Part shown: positions 15,415-25,406 of the stretch, piece by piece | Layout: each line of letters opens with the position of its first letter | Position numbering within the stretch: position 1 is the stretch's first letter | Source: Candidatus Taylorbacteria bacterium RIFCSPHIGHO2_01_FULL_46_22b | Lineage (GTDB): Bacteria; Patescibacteriota; Minisyncoccia; Phycocordibacterales; DSPV01 | NCBI GenBank assembly: GCA_001820875.1 | Contig: MHRF01000007.1 | Location: 59,318-118,804 of the forward strand | Length of the DNA stretch: 59,487 bases | Direction: 5' to 3' | Program-made: the position numbers and the translations under genes | The notes under the pieces: model-generated | The model's database searches: none | The model's input: only the letters and a program-made list of their open reading frames with translations | Told to the model about the DNA's origin: nothing

Positions 15415-15768
15415 ATGGCAAAACAGCGCATTTACCTCACTGACATCATGTGCCATGTCCGAAATCACCACCAAACCGGCAGTTTTGCCAAGGCCACAAA
15501 AAAGGGGCGCATGTATTCGCCTCTGCCTGAAAATTACGCAAAGACAGATGTTGACCCCGTAAACCACACCTTCAAATTTCGGTTTCAGCTCCCTTCTGAT
15601 CTGGTCGACCTCATTAAGCGTGGCGAAGCCGAGTTGGTCATGCCGAAAGATGGCCTGTTTATTTTTGCCGGACCAGACACGCAGGAAATGGTTAAGAAAA
15701 TGGGTCGAAAGGAACGCCGTCAACTTATCCACCGCAGCCGTACTTGGCACGCTGATAAGAAAGAGTAA
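15415..15768 (+). CDS. hypothetical protein divergent from the repressor (cro-position gene)
   Basis: A 117-aa ORF filling an otherwise empty 0.5-kb gap. Its position mirrors early genes of temperate phages. No HTH was recognised. Confidence 0.4.
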   Translation: MAKQRIYLTDIMCHVRNHHQTGSFAKATKKGRMYSPLPENYAKTDVDPVNHTFKFRFQLPSDLVDLIKRGEAELVMPKDGLFIFAGPDTQEMVKKMGRKERRQLIHRSRTWHADKKE

Positions 15769-15920
15769 AATGTAAGTATAACTGAATATTACAGGTGGTG
15801 CCTCGCACTCGTTGCCACGCCCACTTCGTAGAGAAAGCCTGATGAATCAGCATTGCTGGTTCCCCGAGTCTTCTTAGCGAAGTGGGCTTTCTCGTTATTA
15901 GCAAATTAATAACGCGAAAT

Positions 15921-17192
15921 ATGAGCAAAGACATAAACATTGTGTACGTGCCGGTCAAAGATCTTAAACCGGCAACTTACAACCCTCGCAAAATCTCCGA
16001 CGAAGCGCTCGCACAACTCAAAGAGAGCATCACGAGATTCAAAATGGTCGATCCGATCATCGTGAATTCAGCGCCAAAACGAGATGGCGTTGTGGTCGGC
16101 GGCCACCAGCGGCTCCGCGCCGCTAAAGAGCTGGGACATAAAACCGTACCAGTCGTGTACGTGAACATTCCAAGCATCGAGAAAGAAAAGGAATTAAATC
16201 TCCGCCTCAATCGTAATACCGGTGAGTGGGATTTCTCCAAGCTAAAGGCCTTCGACCTAGAGCTGTTGCTCGACATCGGATTCGACGACAGCGACCTCAC
16301 CAACATCTGGGATGAGAATCTCGAAACTGAGGACGACGGTTTCGACGTCGAAAAGGAACTCGCCAAAATCACGAAGCCGAAAACGAAACTCGGCGACCTC
16401 TATCAGCTCGGAGCGCATCGCCTCATCTGCGGTGACTCCACCGATCCAACGGTGCTTAAAAAACTCATCGGCAAGGATGCGGTGTCGATGATATACAGCG
16501 ACCCCGTGTACAACATCGGTATCGACTACAACAAAGGCATCGGTGGCAAGAAGTCATACGGCGGCACTGTGAATGACAAGCGCACGGACACTGAGTACAA
16601 AACATTTCTCCGCACAACATTGGTTAACGCGCTTGCCGTCTCCAAGCCCGACACGCATGTGTATTACTGGTGCGACGAATCGTACATCTGGCTCATCCAA
16701 GAGCTGTACCGCGAACTCGGTATAGAGAATAAACGCGTATGCATGTGGATCAAGAACGGCCACAATCCGACTCCGGGTGTCGCGTTCAACAAGTGCTACG
16801 AGCCCTGTGTGTATGGCGTGCGCGGAAGACCCTATCTCACCAAAGGCATCGACAATCTCAACGAGGTGTTCAACAAGGAACTCACGACTGGCAACCGGCT
16901 CATCGATGACATTCTCGACCTTCTTAACATCTGGCTCGTAAAGCGGATGGCAGGACAGGACTACCAGCACGCCACGGCAAAACCGCCCACTCTCCACGAA
17001 AAAGCCATCCGGCGTTGCACTTGTCCGAGTGATCTCATTCTCGATTCGTTCGGTGGATCGGGCAGCACCTTAATAGCAGCAGAACAACTGAAGCGACGCT
17101 CCGCCCTAGTCGAATTGGAGCCGATATTCTGCGACCTCATCATCAAGCGATATGAAGCACTCACTCACACAAAAGCCAAAAAGCTCAATTAA
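15921..17192 (+). CDS. ParB-like nuclease domain fused to a DNA methyltransferase (beta-class N6A/N4C)
   Basis: ParB-type N-terminus (VPVKDLKPATYNPR...GGHQRLRAAKELG). Methyltransferase motif IV-like SDPVYN and motif I FGGSGST. The start was set at MSKDINIVYV. Confidence 0.85.
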   Translation: MSKDINIVYVPVKDLKPATYNPRKISDEALAQLKESITRFKMVDPIIVNSAPKRDGVVVGGHQRLRAAKELGHKTVPVVYVNIPSIEKEKELNLRLNRNTGEWDFSKLKAFDLELLLDIGFDDSDLTNIWDENLETEDDGFDVEKELAKITKPKTKLGDLYQLGAHRLICGDSTDPTVLKKLIGKDAVSMIYSDPVYNIGIDYNKGIGGKKSYGGTVNDKRTDTEYKTFLRTTLVNALAVSKPDTHVYYWCDESYIWLIQELYRELGIENKRVCMWIKNGHNPTPGVAFNKCYEPCVYGVRGRPYLTKGIDNLNEVFNKELTTGNRLIDDILDLLNIWLVKRMAGQDYQHATAKPPTLHEKAIRRCTCPSDLILDSFGGSGSTLIAAEQLKRRSALVELEPIFCDLIIKRYEALTHTKAKKLN

Positions 17193-17925
17193 GGTCGGCG
17201 ATGTCTTCCGCATTGGCGATCACATACTCGGTTGCGGCGATGCCCGCGATGCGGACTTCGTGAATCACCTTGTAGGCAAAGCAAAGATCGCCCTCATTCT
17301 GAGTGACCCGCCGTATGGGGTGGCGTTCGTCGAGAGCAAGGAGTCGTTTATGAACATCAAAGTGCAAAAAAAGATTCTCAACGACGGGATCGTCTCAGAA
17401 TCACAGTACGCGCAATTCACCAAGGACTGGCTCGTGCCGATCATGCCACATCTCGCAAGCAAGAACAGCGTTTACATCTTCAACTCTGACAAAATGCTTT
17501 TCGCTCTGCGCGAGGGCATGGAGCGCTCCGGCATTCGCTTTTCACAGCTACTTGTATGGATCAAAAACCACGCCATCGTCGGACGTAAGGATTATCTCCC
17601 CCAACACGAACTGGTGGCATACGGCTGGCACGGCACGCACGAGTTCAAAAAAGCAAAAGATAAATCCATCCTCATCTACCCAAAACCCAACAAGAGCCCG
17701 CTGCACCCGACTCAAAAACCAGTGGGATTACTGCGTCGTCTTGTGCTCAACAGCTCCGACATTAAAAGCGTGGTGTACGACTGTTTCGCAGGGTCGGGGT
17801 CGACCGGAATCGCGGCGGAGCAATGCAAACGTCGGAGCATTCTCATCGAGCGGGACGAGGAATACTGCCAGACCATTATAAACCGCTTCGAGCGTGAGTT
17901 CGGGTTTAAAGCAACAAAGGTATGA
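17152..17925 (+). CDS. DNA methyltransferase (beta-class N6A/N4C)
   Basis: SDPPYG (motif IV) comes before FAGSGSTGIAAE (motif I). It overlaps the previous gene by 41 nt and is paralogous to that gene's methyltransferase half. Confidence 0.85.
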   Translation: MKHSLTQKPKSSIKVGDVFRIGDHILGCGDARDADFVNHLVGKAKIALILSDPPYGVAFVESKESFMNIKVQKKILNDGIVSESQYAQFTKDWLVPIMPHLASKNSVYIFNSDKMLFALREGMERSGIRFSQLLVWIKNHAIVGRKDYLPQHELVAYGWHGTHEFKKAKDKSILIYPKPNKSPLHPTQKPVGLLRRLVLNSSDIKSVVYDCFAGSGSTGIAAEQCKRRSILIERDEEYCQTIINRFEREFGFKATKV

Positions 17926-18332
17926 AAAAAGACAAGACAGGAGACCTTTTCTTAGAACAGCTCCGAAAAATACCGATTGTACAGGTCGCATGTGAGAAAG
18001 TCGGCGTCTCTCGCAATACCGTATATCGATGGCGAAAGGAAGATCCAGAGTTTGCAAAAACAATGGACGAGGCCCTTGCCGACGGCGAAGCGGTCATCAA
18101 CGATATGAGCGAGTCGCAGCTCCTCTCCAAGATTAAGAATGGCGAGTGGCCGCCGATTGCGTTTTGGCTTCGTAAGCGACACCCGAAATTCAAGGATCGT
18201 CTTGAGGTCGTCTCGACCATTGCGGCGCAGGAAGAACTAACTGATGAAGAGGAAGCTGTTGTCAGAGTAGCGTTGCGCCTGGGATCGGTATCAATCAAAC
18301 CGCCACCTTCAGAGGAAGATAAAAAAACATGA
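17922..18332 (+). CDS. terminase small subunit-like HTH protein
   Basis: HTH VGVSRNTVYRWRKEDPEF. It sits immediately upstream of TerL, with 4-nt overlaps (ATGA) on both sides. Confidence 0.6.
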   Translation: MKKDKTGDLFLEQLRKIPIVQVACEKVGVSRNTVYRWRKEDPEFAKTMDEALADGEAVINDMSESQLLSKIKNGEWPPIAFWLRKRHPKFKDRLEVVSTIAAQEELTDEEEAVVRVALRLGSVSIKPPPSEEDKKT

Positions 18333-19807
18333 GCCAAGTAGCTAACAAGCAAAATAATACTCTTCCGGCGGATATTGCCGACAGAATGTTCCATGATCGG
18401 CGGATTCGCACTGCCATTACCCGACAGAGCCACTTCATGTTTTTTCACTTCTACTTTGCTCACTACGTGAAATACCAGACGGCAGATTTCCAGCGCGAGA
18501 TGTTTGCGCTTACCGAACAACAGGAGATACGAAACTTATTCGTCGTAGCGTTTCGCGGATCGGCAAAATCGACCATCTTCACCACCTCCTACCCCGTCTG
18601 GGCAATCCTCGGTGAACAGCAGAAAAAGTTCGTTCTGATCTTGTGCCAAACACAGGCACAAGCAAAACAGCACATGATGAATCTACGGAGAGAGTTGGAA
18701 AATAATTCATTGCTAAAAAATGACCTCGGCCCTTTCCAGGAAGAAAATAATGAGTGGGGATCTTCGTCGTTAGTCTTTTCTAACCACGACGCACGCATCA
18801 CTGCCGTATCATCTGAACAAAGTATCCGCGGATTGCGCCATAACCAGTATCGCCCCGACCTCATCATCGGCGACGATCTTGAAGATATCGCCTCCACTAA
18901 AACGCGCGAGGGACGAAATAAGACATATCAGTGGCTCACCGGCGAGGTGGTTCCTGCTGGTGACCGAAATACACGACTGGTGATTGTCGGAAACCTTCTC
19001 CATGAGGATTCAACACTGATGCGGCTAAGAGAAGATATTGAAAAGAGCCGGCTCACTGGAGTTTTTAAAATGTATCCGCTCATAAAAGACGGAGTCATTC
19101 TCTGGCCAGGCAAGTACCCGGAAATGAAAGATGTGGAGGAAGAAAAGCAGAAAGCCGCCAATGAGTACGCATGGCAAAGAGAATATCTGCTCAATATTGT
19201 TCCGAGCGACGAGCAGGTAATCCACCGCGAGTGGATACGATGCTACGATGTTGTTCCGCCACCAATTCGATTCCGTAGCGGATATTCATCACATATGGAA
19301 ATCAGGATTGGCATCGATCCGGCAATATCAAAGAACGACGCGGCAGATTATACGGCGATGGTGCCAGGTCTTCTATATGAATTAGAGGACGGATATCGAA
19401 TCTATATTCTCCCCAAAATTATCAACCGTCGGATGAGCTTCCCTGAAACAGTGGAGATGTGCAAAACACTCGACAAAAGTTATAGCGAGGACGGTAACCG
19501 ACCAACATTTGTGATTGAAGATGTGGCGTATCAGAAAGCACTCCCACAGCAGTTGGAAAACGAGGGGCTATGGAATGTGAAAACGACACGTCCAGGCAAT
19601 CATGATAAACGTAGTCGGCTGGCTCTTACCGGAAATCTCATCAAAACTGGCAAGATACTCTTCCCCCGAGAAGGCGCGGAACAACTTATCCAGCAACTTG
19701 TGCATTTCACTGTTGAGAGGCATGACGATCTTGCCGATGCCTTTGCAAATTTAGTGCTTAGTGCCACCGAAGATCCGCCATGTGTTCCGCGCATATACTT
19801 TCTGTAG
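18329..19807 (+). CDS. phage terminase large subunit
   Basis: Walker A-like FRGSAKST and Walker B LIIGDDLED. The C-terminal RNase H-like nuclease acidic residues lie in IGIDPA, VIEDVAYQ and HDDLADA. Confidence 0.8.
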   Translation: MSQVANKQNNTLPADIADRMFHDRRIRTAITRQSHFMFFHFYFAHYVKYQTADFQREMFALTEQQEIRNLFVVAFRGSAKSTIFTTSYPVWAILGEQQKKFVLILCQTQAQAKQHMMNLRRELENNSLLKNDLGPFQEENNEWGSSSLVFSNHDARITAVSSEQSIRGLRHNQYRPDLIIGDDLEDIASTKTREGRNKTYQWLTGEVVPAGDRNTRLVIVGNLLHEDSTLMRLREDIEKSRLTGVFKMYPLIKDGVILWPGKYPEMKDVEEEKQKAANEYAWQREYLLNIVPSDEQVIHREWIRCYDVVPPPIRFRSGYSSHMEIRIGIDPAISKNDAADYTAMVPGLLYELEDGYRIYILPKIINRRMSFPETVEMCKTLDKSYSEDGNRPTFVIEDVAYQKALPQQLENEGLWNVKTTRPGNHDKRSRLALTGNLIKTGKILFPREGAEQLIQQLVHFTVERHDDLADAFANLVLSATEDPPCVPRIYFL

Positions 19808-19839
19808 TTGAGATGAACTTTCTTTCCAGCACATAATGT

Positions 19840-21018
19840 CTAAGGTTCTACTGAATTTTTCCTCATACTGTTTTGACCGTGCTCTACTCGTATTTCTCTA
19901 TATAGTTCAAGCAATTTATCAGCAATCGCTCCGCTACGAAATTGCTCGGCTGTTTTGCGTGCCGCTCCAGCCATCGCAAGTCGCTTCTCAGGATTAGAAA
20001 TGAGATCCCGCACTCTTTCTTGTGCCTCCTCGTTTGAGGAAACCAAAAAGCCGTTTTCTCCATTCTTGATTATCTCCGGGGCCACGCCAACAGAATACGA
20101 TATTGGCACAAGACCCTGCGACATCCCCTCAATGAGACTCAGAGAAAATCCTTCATACCGAGATGAGATAAAGAGAATACTTCCATAACGACGGGACAAA
20201 ACATCAGGAATGAGATCTTTGCGTATGTTGGTATGCATATAGTGGGCCGGAAATGCGACCCGCAACCACTCTTTTAGTTTTTTATTAGTTGTCATGCAAA
20301 TCGTCGTCTTGGGTATATCTGGAAAAGATCGGTAAAGTCCGATTAAACGATCGAGACCTTTGAGCTTGAGCGTAAAAACGTCTCCGCCGAGACGGCCAAG
20401 AAAAACGATATGCGGATCAGAGGCAACGGGCGATTCTTTTCTTTCGAACCAGTAATCTTCAATCGCGTTATGAACAACTTTGATCCTCTCCGGCAATACT
20501 CCCATATCAGTAAGTTCTCCTTGTACGTGTTCTGAAGTTGCTATACATCTCGTCACACGCGTGGCTACCAACTTTTCCATATCAGCGATATCTCGGAGTG
20601 GCCGGAAGGTCTCAAGCTCAAGGCCCGAAATGATACCGAGGTCACGTAGCTCGTGCCAAATCGCTATCTCGTTCGATAAAAGTGCGGATGTTTTTGGTGT
20701 ACTTTGGAGAAACCCGATAGTCGTAGAACCGAAATGACTGACCAGTGGTGTTTTGAAAGAGAGGAACGGCAAGGGTGTGTATGTAGTTCCTTGAATTATG
20801 TGATATCGCAAAATATCATCTTTATGTTCAAGCAAAGAATGAAAGAAGAGAATATTTGAAAGCCCCCGCATATGTATTGGCGCATCGGCAAGCTGCCAGC
20901 GCGGATAAAAATTGCGGACGGTAGCACCCCGCTCTTTGAGAGCCATCGCCATAATCTGATTTATATGATGCGCTCCGGTTGCGATACGTTTTTCATTGTG
21001 GATCATCGCCACCTTCAT
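19840..21018 (-). CDS. glycosyltransferase family 4
   Basis: GT-B fold signature EGFSLSLIEGMSQGLVPIS (E-x7-E). The start was set at MKVAMIH; the ORF extends to 21141 through a basic, low-complexity stretch. Confidence 0.8.
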   Translation of the reverse strand: MKVAMIHNEKRIATGAHHINQIMAMALKERGATVRNFYPRWQLADAPIHMRGLSNILFFHSLLEHKDDILRYHIIQGTTYTPLPFLSFKTPLVSHFGSTTIGFLQSTPKTSALLSNEIAIWHELRDLGIISGLELETFRPLRDIADMEKLVATRVTRCIATSEHVQGELTDMGVLPERIKVVHNAIEDYWFERKESPVASDPHIVFLGRLGGDVFTLKLKGLDRLIGLYRSFPDIPKTTICMTTNKKLKEWLRVAFPAHYMHTNIRKDLIPDVLSRRYGSILFISSRYEGFSLSLIEGMSQGLVPISYSVGVAPEIIKNGENGFLVSSNEEAQERVRDLISNPEKRLAMAGAARKTAEQFRSGAIADKLLELYREIRVEHGQNSMRKNSVEP

Positions 21019-21149
21019 GCCATTTCCCGGTTTTGGCGCGTTTTCACTCTTCCGGCTGGATAAGTGGCGCAATCCTCTCATAAAGGAATTTGTTGCTTTA
21101 TATGCCCGACGAGTCAGGCTGTGATTTGTTTTTGTGTTCATAAAATAAT

Positions 21150-23834
21150 TTACGCACTTCTTACCGAAAGTTTTCTTCGGTAAAAGAATTTACGCAATTC
21201 CTCGGCAACAATTACTGATGCCGCTACCGGAATGATCAGAAGCCACTCCGAAAGTTCAAGCGGAACGGTGCGAAGAATCTTTTGCATAACTGGAGCATAT
21301 ATAGCAGCTATTTGGAGCGCGATAACTACAAAGGTTGCGCCGACCAAATATTTGTTTGAGAACCAATCCATACTGAATATCGACTTATTTTCTGAACGGC
21401 AATTCCACGCATTGAACCATTGAAAGGCGGCGAGTACGGTAAGCGATATCGTCCATGCTTTGGCAATATCAGTTTCAAAATGCTGGCTGAAAAGAAAGAG
21501 GGTTCCGATCATCATGGGTAGTGCCATGAAAGCCATTCGTTGAATCATGAGCGAGTCAACAATGTACTTTTTCGGATGCTCAAATCTTCCTGATAAAAGC
21601 CCCTCCTCCTTCGGTTCCATAGCCAGAGCTACATCAAGAAATCCGTCGGTTACGAAGTTGAGCCAGATAATCTGAGCCGCAAGAATTGGCAATGGATATC
21701 CAAGAAAAAGGGCGACTGAAATCACCAGAACTTCGCCGGTACTGGTCGAGAAGAGATATAGGATGACCTTTTTTATCGTCTTGTATATGCTCCTACCTTC
21801 CTCAATTGCCGAAATAATGCTCCCAAAATTATCATCGAGCAGAACTATGTCCGAAGCTTCTTTTGCAACTTCTGTGCCGATCTTGCCCATAGAAACTCCG
21901 AGATCAGCGGCAACGAGGGATGGAGCGTCATTAACCCCGTCTCCAGTCATCGCAACAATTTCGCCACGCTTCTTGTAGGCGTTGATAATCTGCATCTTGT
22001 GTTCCGGCGTCACCCTAGCAAAAACCGTTGTACTCGCGAGCTTGTCGGCAAGTTCAACATCATACATTTTTTCAATTTCGTCTCCGGTCAAAACCGTATC
22101 TCCGTCTTGATATATACCCGCCTCTTTGGCGATAGCTCGTGCAGTTATCTTATGATCCCCCGTAATCATCACCACCCTAATACCGGCGTCTTTCGCACGT
22201 TGCATCGCTCCCTTCACTTCAGGTCGGAGCGTATCTTGCATACCGAAGAACCCGACGAAAGAAAGTGAGTGAATTGCTTCGGTTTTCAACTGTTTCGGTG
22301 CCTCATGACGAACCGCAACAGCTATAACGCGGAGTCCCTCTTCGGACATGCGGATAAATGTCATCTCAAGCTTATCTTTTTCATTCTTTGAAAGTGGATG
22401 ATTCTTACCATCACGTCTGATTTCGGTACAAAGCGCGAGTATTGTTTCTGGAGCGCCAGCAACGGTTAAGAGAAGGTTTCCTTCAGTTTGATGGACGGTG
22501 GCGTGATACTTCAATTTGTAGTCAAAAGGAATTTCTGAAATAAGAGGTGCTTCTCGTAAAAGATCGTCTTTATGAAAGCCTATCTTCTCGGCAAAAACGA
22601 GCATAGCAGCTTCGGTCGGATCTCCAGCGATTCGCCACTCTTTTGCTTCTTCGGCGTACAAAAGCCTAGCGCTGGCGACGAGCGAAGCGACTTTCCCTAG
22701 ATATAGCAATTCATTGTGGTTTGCCGAATTGACAATGTTCTCATCAAGTTTGATTTCACCTTTGGGCTCATACCCGATGCCACCGATTTCAAAGAGATAG
22801 CCATCCGTCCATGCTTTGCGAATGACGAGTTCATTTTTCGTAATGGTTCCCGTTTTATCAACCGCGATCACTCGCGCTTGTCCGAGAGCCTCAACTGCTT
22901 GGAGTTTCTTCACAAGCGCATTCCGCTTCGACATACGCCAGACGCCAGTTGCAAGCACAAGTGTCATGACAATCGGAAGTCCTTCAGGAATAATTGAAAC
23001 GGAAAGAGAAACAACCGTCGTAAACATTTCTTTGACTGAGTGGCCAGATAGAATGCCAACGGTAAAAAGGACTGCGCTGATTACAAAAACGGTGACAATA
23101 ATTGCTCGCGAGAGATAACGAATATTCGCCTTGAGTGGGATTTCCGTATCAATTGTTGAAATTTGTTTTGCAATTCCGCCGATGACTGTTCCAAGACCTG
23201 TGGCGACGACAATAGCCCTACCATTTCCAGAAACGATGTTAGTGCCTTTCCAAACCATATTTTTCTGCTCGGCTGTCGGTAAGTCATTACGTTCCAGTAC
23301 CTCAGTATTTTTGTATATTGGTTCGGACTCTCCGGTAAGAGAAGCCTCGTCTATCTTTAGACTCTGTGAAAGAATGACCCGGGCATCAGATGGGATCCGT
23401 TCTCCCTCCTGGAGAATAAGTATGTCACCAGGAACGAGTTCGCGATCAGGAATGATGAACTCTTTCCCGTCTCGAAGAACCGTCGCATTTGTTTCCACAA
23501 ATTTCTTGAGAGCAAGAAGTGTGTTTTGTGCTTTGCCTTCCTGAATAACACCGACGATGGCGTTAAATAAAAGAACAGCAAGAATGATAGAGCCGTCTAT
23601 GGTCTCGCCCATAGCAAAAACAACTCCGCTAGCCGCAAGGAGGATGTATATAAGCGGACTTTGGAACTGACTTAAAAAGAGCCGCAGTTTTGAGTGCGGC
23701 TTTTCTTCGGGGAGACTGTTTGCGCCGTATTGCTTGAGACGTTCGCTTGCTACCTCAAGAGATAGACCTCGATCTGAACTCTCAAGCTTCTCGAATGTTT
23801 TCTCTAATGTAAATGAATACCATGGTCGTGCCAT
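21150..23834 (-). CDS. cation-transporting P-type ATPase (P2-type, Ca2+/Mg2+-like)
   Basis: TGES, DKTGTIT, MITGDH and TGDGVNDAPSL motifs. Ten predicted TM segments, 894 aa. Confidence 0.95.
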   Translation of the reverse strand: MARPWYSFTLEKTFEKLESSDRGLSLEVASERLKQYGANSLPEEKPHSKLRLFLSQFQSPLIYILLAASGVVFAMGETIDGSIILAVLLFNAIVGVIQEGKAQNTLLALKKFVETNATVLRDGKEFIIPDRELVPGDILILQEGERIPSDARVILSQSLKIDEASLTGESEPIYKNTEVLERNDLPTAEQKNMVWKGTNIVSGNGRAIVVATGLGTVIGGIAKQISTIDTEIPLKANIRYLSRAIIVTVFVISAVLFTVGILSGHSVKEMFTTVVSLSVSIIPEGLPIVMTLVLATGVWRMSKRNALVKKLQAVEALGQARVIAVDKTGTITKNELVIRKAWTDGYLFEIGGIGYEPKGEIKLDENIVNSANHNELLYLGKVASLVASARLLYAEEAKEWRIAGDPTEAAMLVFAEKIGFHKDDLLREAPLISEIPFDYKLKYHATVHQTEGNLLLTVAGAPETILALCTEIRRDGKNHPLSKNEKDKLEMTFIRMSEEGLRVIAVAVRHEAPKQLKTEAIHSLSFVGFFGMQDTLRPEVKGAMQRAKDAGIRVVMITGDHKITARAIAKEAGIYQDGDTVLTGDEIEKMYDVELADKLASTTVFARVTPEHKMQIINAYKKRGEIVAMTGDGVNDAPSLVAADLGVSMGKIGTEVAKEASDIVLLDDNFGSIISAIEEGRSIYKTIKKVILYLFSTSTGEVLVISVALFLGYPLPILAAQIIWLNFVTDGFLDVALAMEPKEEGLLSGRFEHPKKYIVDSLMIQRMAFMALPMMIGTLFLFSQHFETDIAKAWTISLTVLAAFQWFNAWNCRSENKSIFSMDWFSNKYLVGATFVVIALQIAAIYAPVMQKILRTVPLELSEWLLIIPVAASVIVAEELRKFFYRRKLSVRSA

Positions 23835-23875
23835 GATATGAATTATAGCTGAATTTCACTTTTATTTCAGCAGAT

Positions 23876-24058
23876 CTATTTCTTGAACCACACAAACCCT
23901 AAGTAGATGCCGATAACGACGGCGACTACCACGAGCATCGTTGTGTACCCAACAAATACCTGCGGCCAATTCGCTCCGATTACGATACCGATCGCAAGCA
24001 TCGAGAGCTTCAAGAGACCAATCTGCCGCCACTTGTACGAACCATTAAAAATGTTCAT
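23876..24058 (-). CDS. small membrane protein (60 aa)
   Basis: Two hydrophobic helices. The start was set at MNIFNGSYKW. Confidence 0.35.
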   Translation of the reverse strand: MNIFNGSYKWRQIGLLKLSMLAIGIVIGANWPQVFVGYTTMLVVVAVVIGIYLGFVWFKK

Positions 24059-24134
24059 ACTTATAGTATATACCCTCCGAATTAATACTGATAGATAAGA
24101 AAGTGGTTTTGGGTGGATAGAACTCAAATCTATC

Positions 24135-24686
24135 TCATAGCGCGGATGCCAACGAAACAACTATAAAAATCCCCACGGCGTTCAGTACGAACGCGAGAAG
24201 CATAAACTGCCAGAACTTTATCTTTGAAAGACCCATGAGTCCTATCCCTATCTCATCAGGAAACGGGGACGCGATAATAATCGCCCCAAGCACAGGAAGA
24301 AGCCATGCGAAGTAAGGTGTCTTAAATACACTCGATACGTAAGAGTTTCCAAACTTTCTGAATAAAGGCGCGAGCTCTTCAAAGACGCGATCTTTAAGAA
24401 AACGGAAGATAAGCAGATCTCCGATGGCTGCGCCAGCTCCTGCGTAAAGTGCAATAAGTATAGGGTTAAACTCCTGAGCGAGATGGAAAAGCACTACTGA
24501 AGCAGGTGCAACCGTAAATGTTGAGACAAAGAAGATACCGGTGATTGCGGCACCGAGATAACCATAGCTCCCAATCTGTTTGATGAGCGCGTGAGCAACT
24601 GCTGTATCAGCAAGAAAGATAAGCGCAACCAAACTCAGTATGAGAAGCGTTGTATTTTTATATCTCCATTTAGTGGTCTTTTTCAT
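24135..24686 (-). CDS. multi-pass membrane protein
   Basis: 183 aa with five or six hydrophobic helices. No family assigned with confidence. Confidence 0.55.
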   Translation of the reverse strand: MKKTTKWRYKNTTLLILSLVALIFLADTAVAHALIKQIGSYGYLGAAITGIFFVSTFTVAPASVVLFHLAQEFNPILIALYAGAGAAIGDLLIFRFLKDRVFEELAPLFRKFGNSYVSSVFKTPYFAWLLPVLGAIIIASPFPDEIGIGLMGLSKIKFWQFMLLAFVLNAVGIFIVVSLASAL

Positions 24687-24975
24687 TTTTAGTATTGAGG
24701 CCCCACTGCCAGCGTGGTTTTTCTCCTTTTTTATAGCAGACGCGGATAAGGAGGATTGTCAGGAATAAAATCGGCAAGATGAATGTAAACGCAACTTCTC
24801 GGGGAGGAGAATTTTCATCTAAGGTGAGTGCAAAGAATGCGACCGAAATCAACCACAGGCCGATGGCGGCCCACCCTTGCCACATCACAGGAACCCAACC
24901 CCAGCCGTAGAGCTTTCGCTTAAACCAGTAGTGTTCTGGATTGTCCCTTAAATAAGCTAGGTACTCTTTAAACAT
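24670..24975 (-). CDS. membrane protein
   Basis: 101 aa, Trp-rich, two TM helices. It overlaps the downstream gene by 17 nt. Confidence 0.5.
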   Translation of the reverse strand: MFKEYLAYLRDNPEHYWFKRKLYGWGWVPVMWQGWAAIGLWLISVAFFALTLDENSPPREVAFTFILPILFLTILLIRVCYKKGEKPRWQWGLNTKNEKDH

Positions 24976-25359
24976 TTACGCAAAGTAGCCTACCCACGAG
25001 AGGTATGCACCAGCTAGGAGCATGAGACCACCCGCAAACGGGATGAGCTTTAAACTTACCCATTTATCTCCGGCACGATCAACAAAACCCGGGGCGACAA
25101 CAAACAAAGTTCCCTTGATGAGAAGGCTCCACCCCAAAAGGGTTACTAGTATCTGTGGGAACGTACCCCACACATTGTGTGCGAGTACATGGGCGATACC
25201 GACCACCATGCCGACCATACCGAAAAGAAGTACCGCGAGCGCATCCTTCTCGAGCTCACGATAGATCTTGATGTAATATGTGCGGCTTACAAAAACACCG
25301 ATTGCCACAGCGGAGATGACAGGTCCCCAAAGTTGGGCGAGAAATATTGTTATATCCAT
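24976..25359 (-). CDS. membrane protein
   Basis: 127 aa with four hydrophobic helices. It abuts the next gene. Confidence 0.55.
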   Translation of the reverse strand: MDITIFLAQLWGPVISAVAIGVFVSRTYYIKIYRELEKDALAVLLFGMVGMVVGIAHVLAHNVWGTFPQILVTLLGWSLLIKGTLFVVAPGFVDRAGDKWVSLKLIPFAGGLMLLAGAYLSWVGYFA

Positions 25360-25406
25360 ACAAATATAAAGATTAAACTAATAATTAATTATATATCCTT
25401 TTGAAA

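Noticed and set aside
14719-15750. 343-aa ORF that extends the LexA-like repressor by 132 N-terminal residues
   Set aside because: A good TTGCAA-17-TATACT promoter lies inside the extension, directly before Met133. The LexA wHTH starts at that Met. The extension has no recognisable domain and overlaps a divergent ORF.
21019-21141. Longer start for the glycosyltransferase (433 aa from 21141)
   Set aside because: The extra 41 residues are basic and low in complexity, and GT4 enzymes normally begin at the MKVAMI-type strand. Neither start has a strong RBS, so the longer form cannot be fully excluded.
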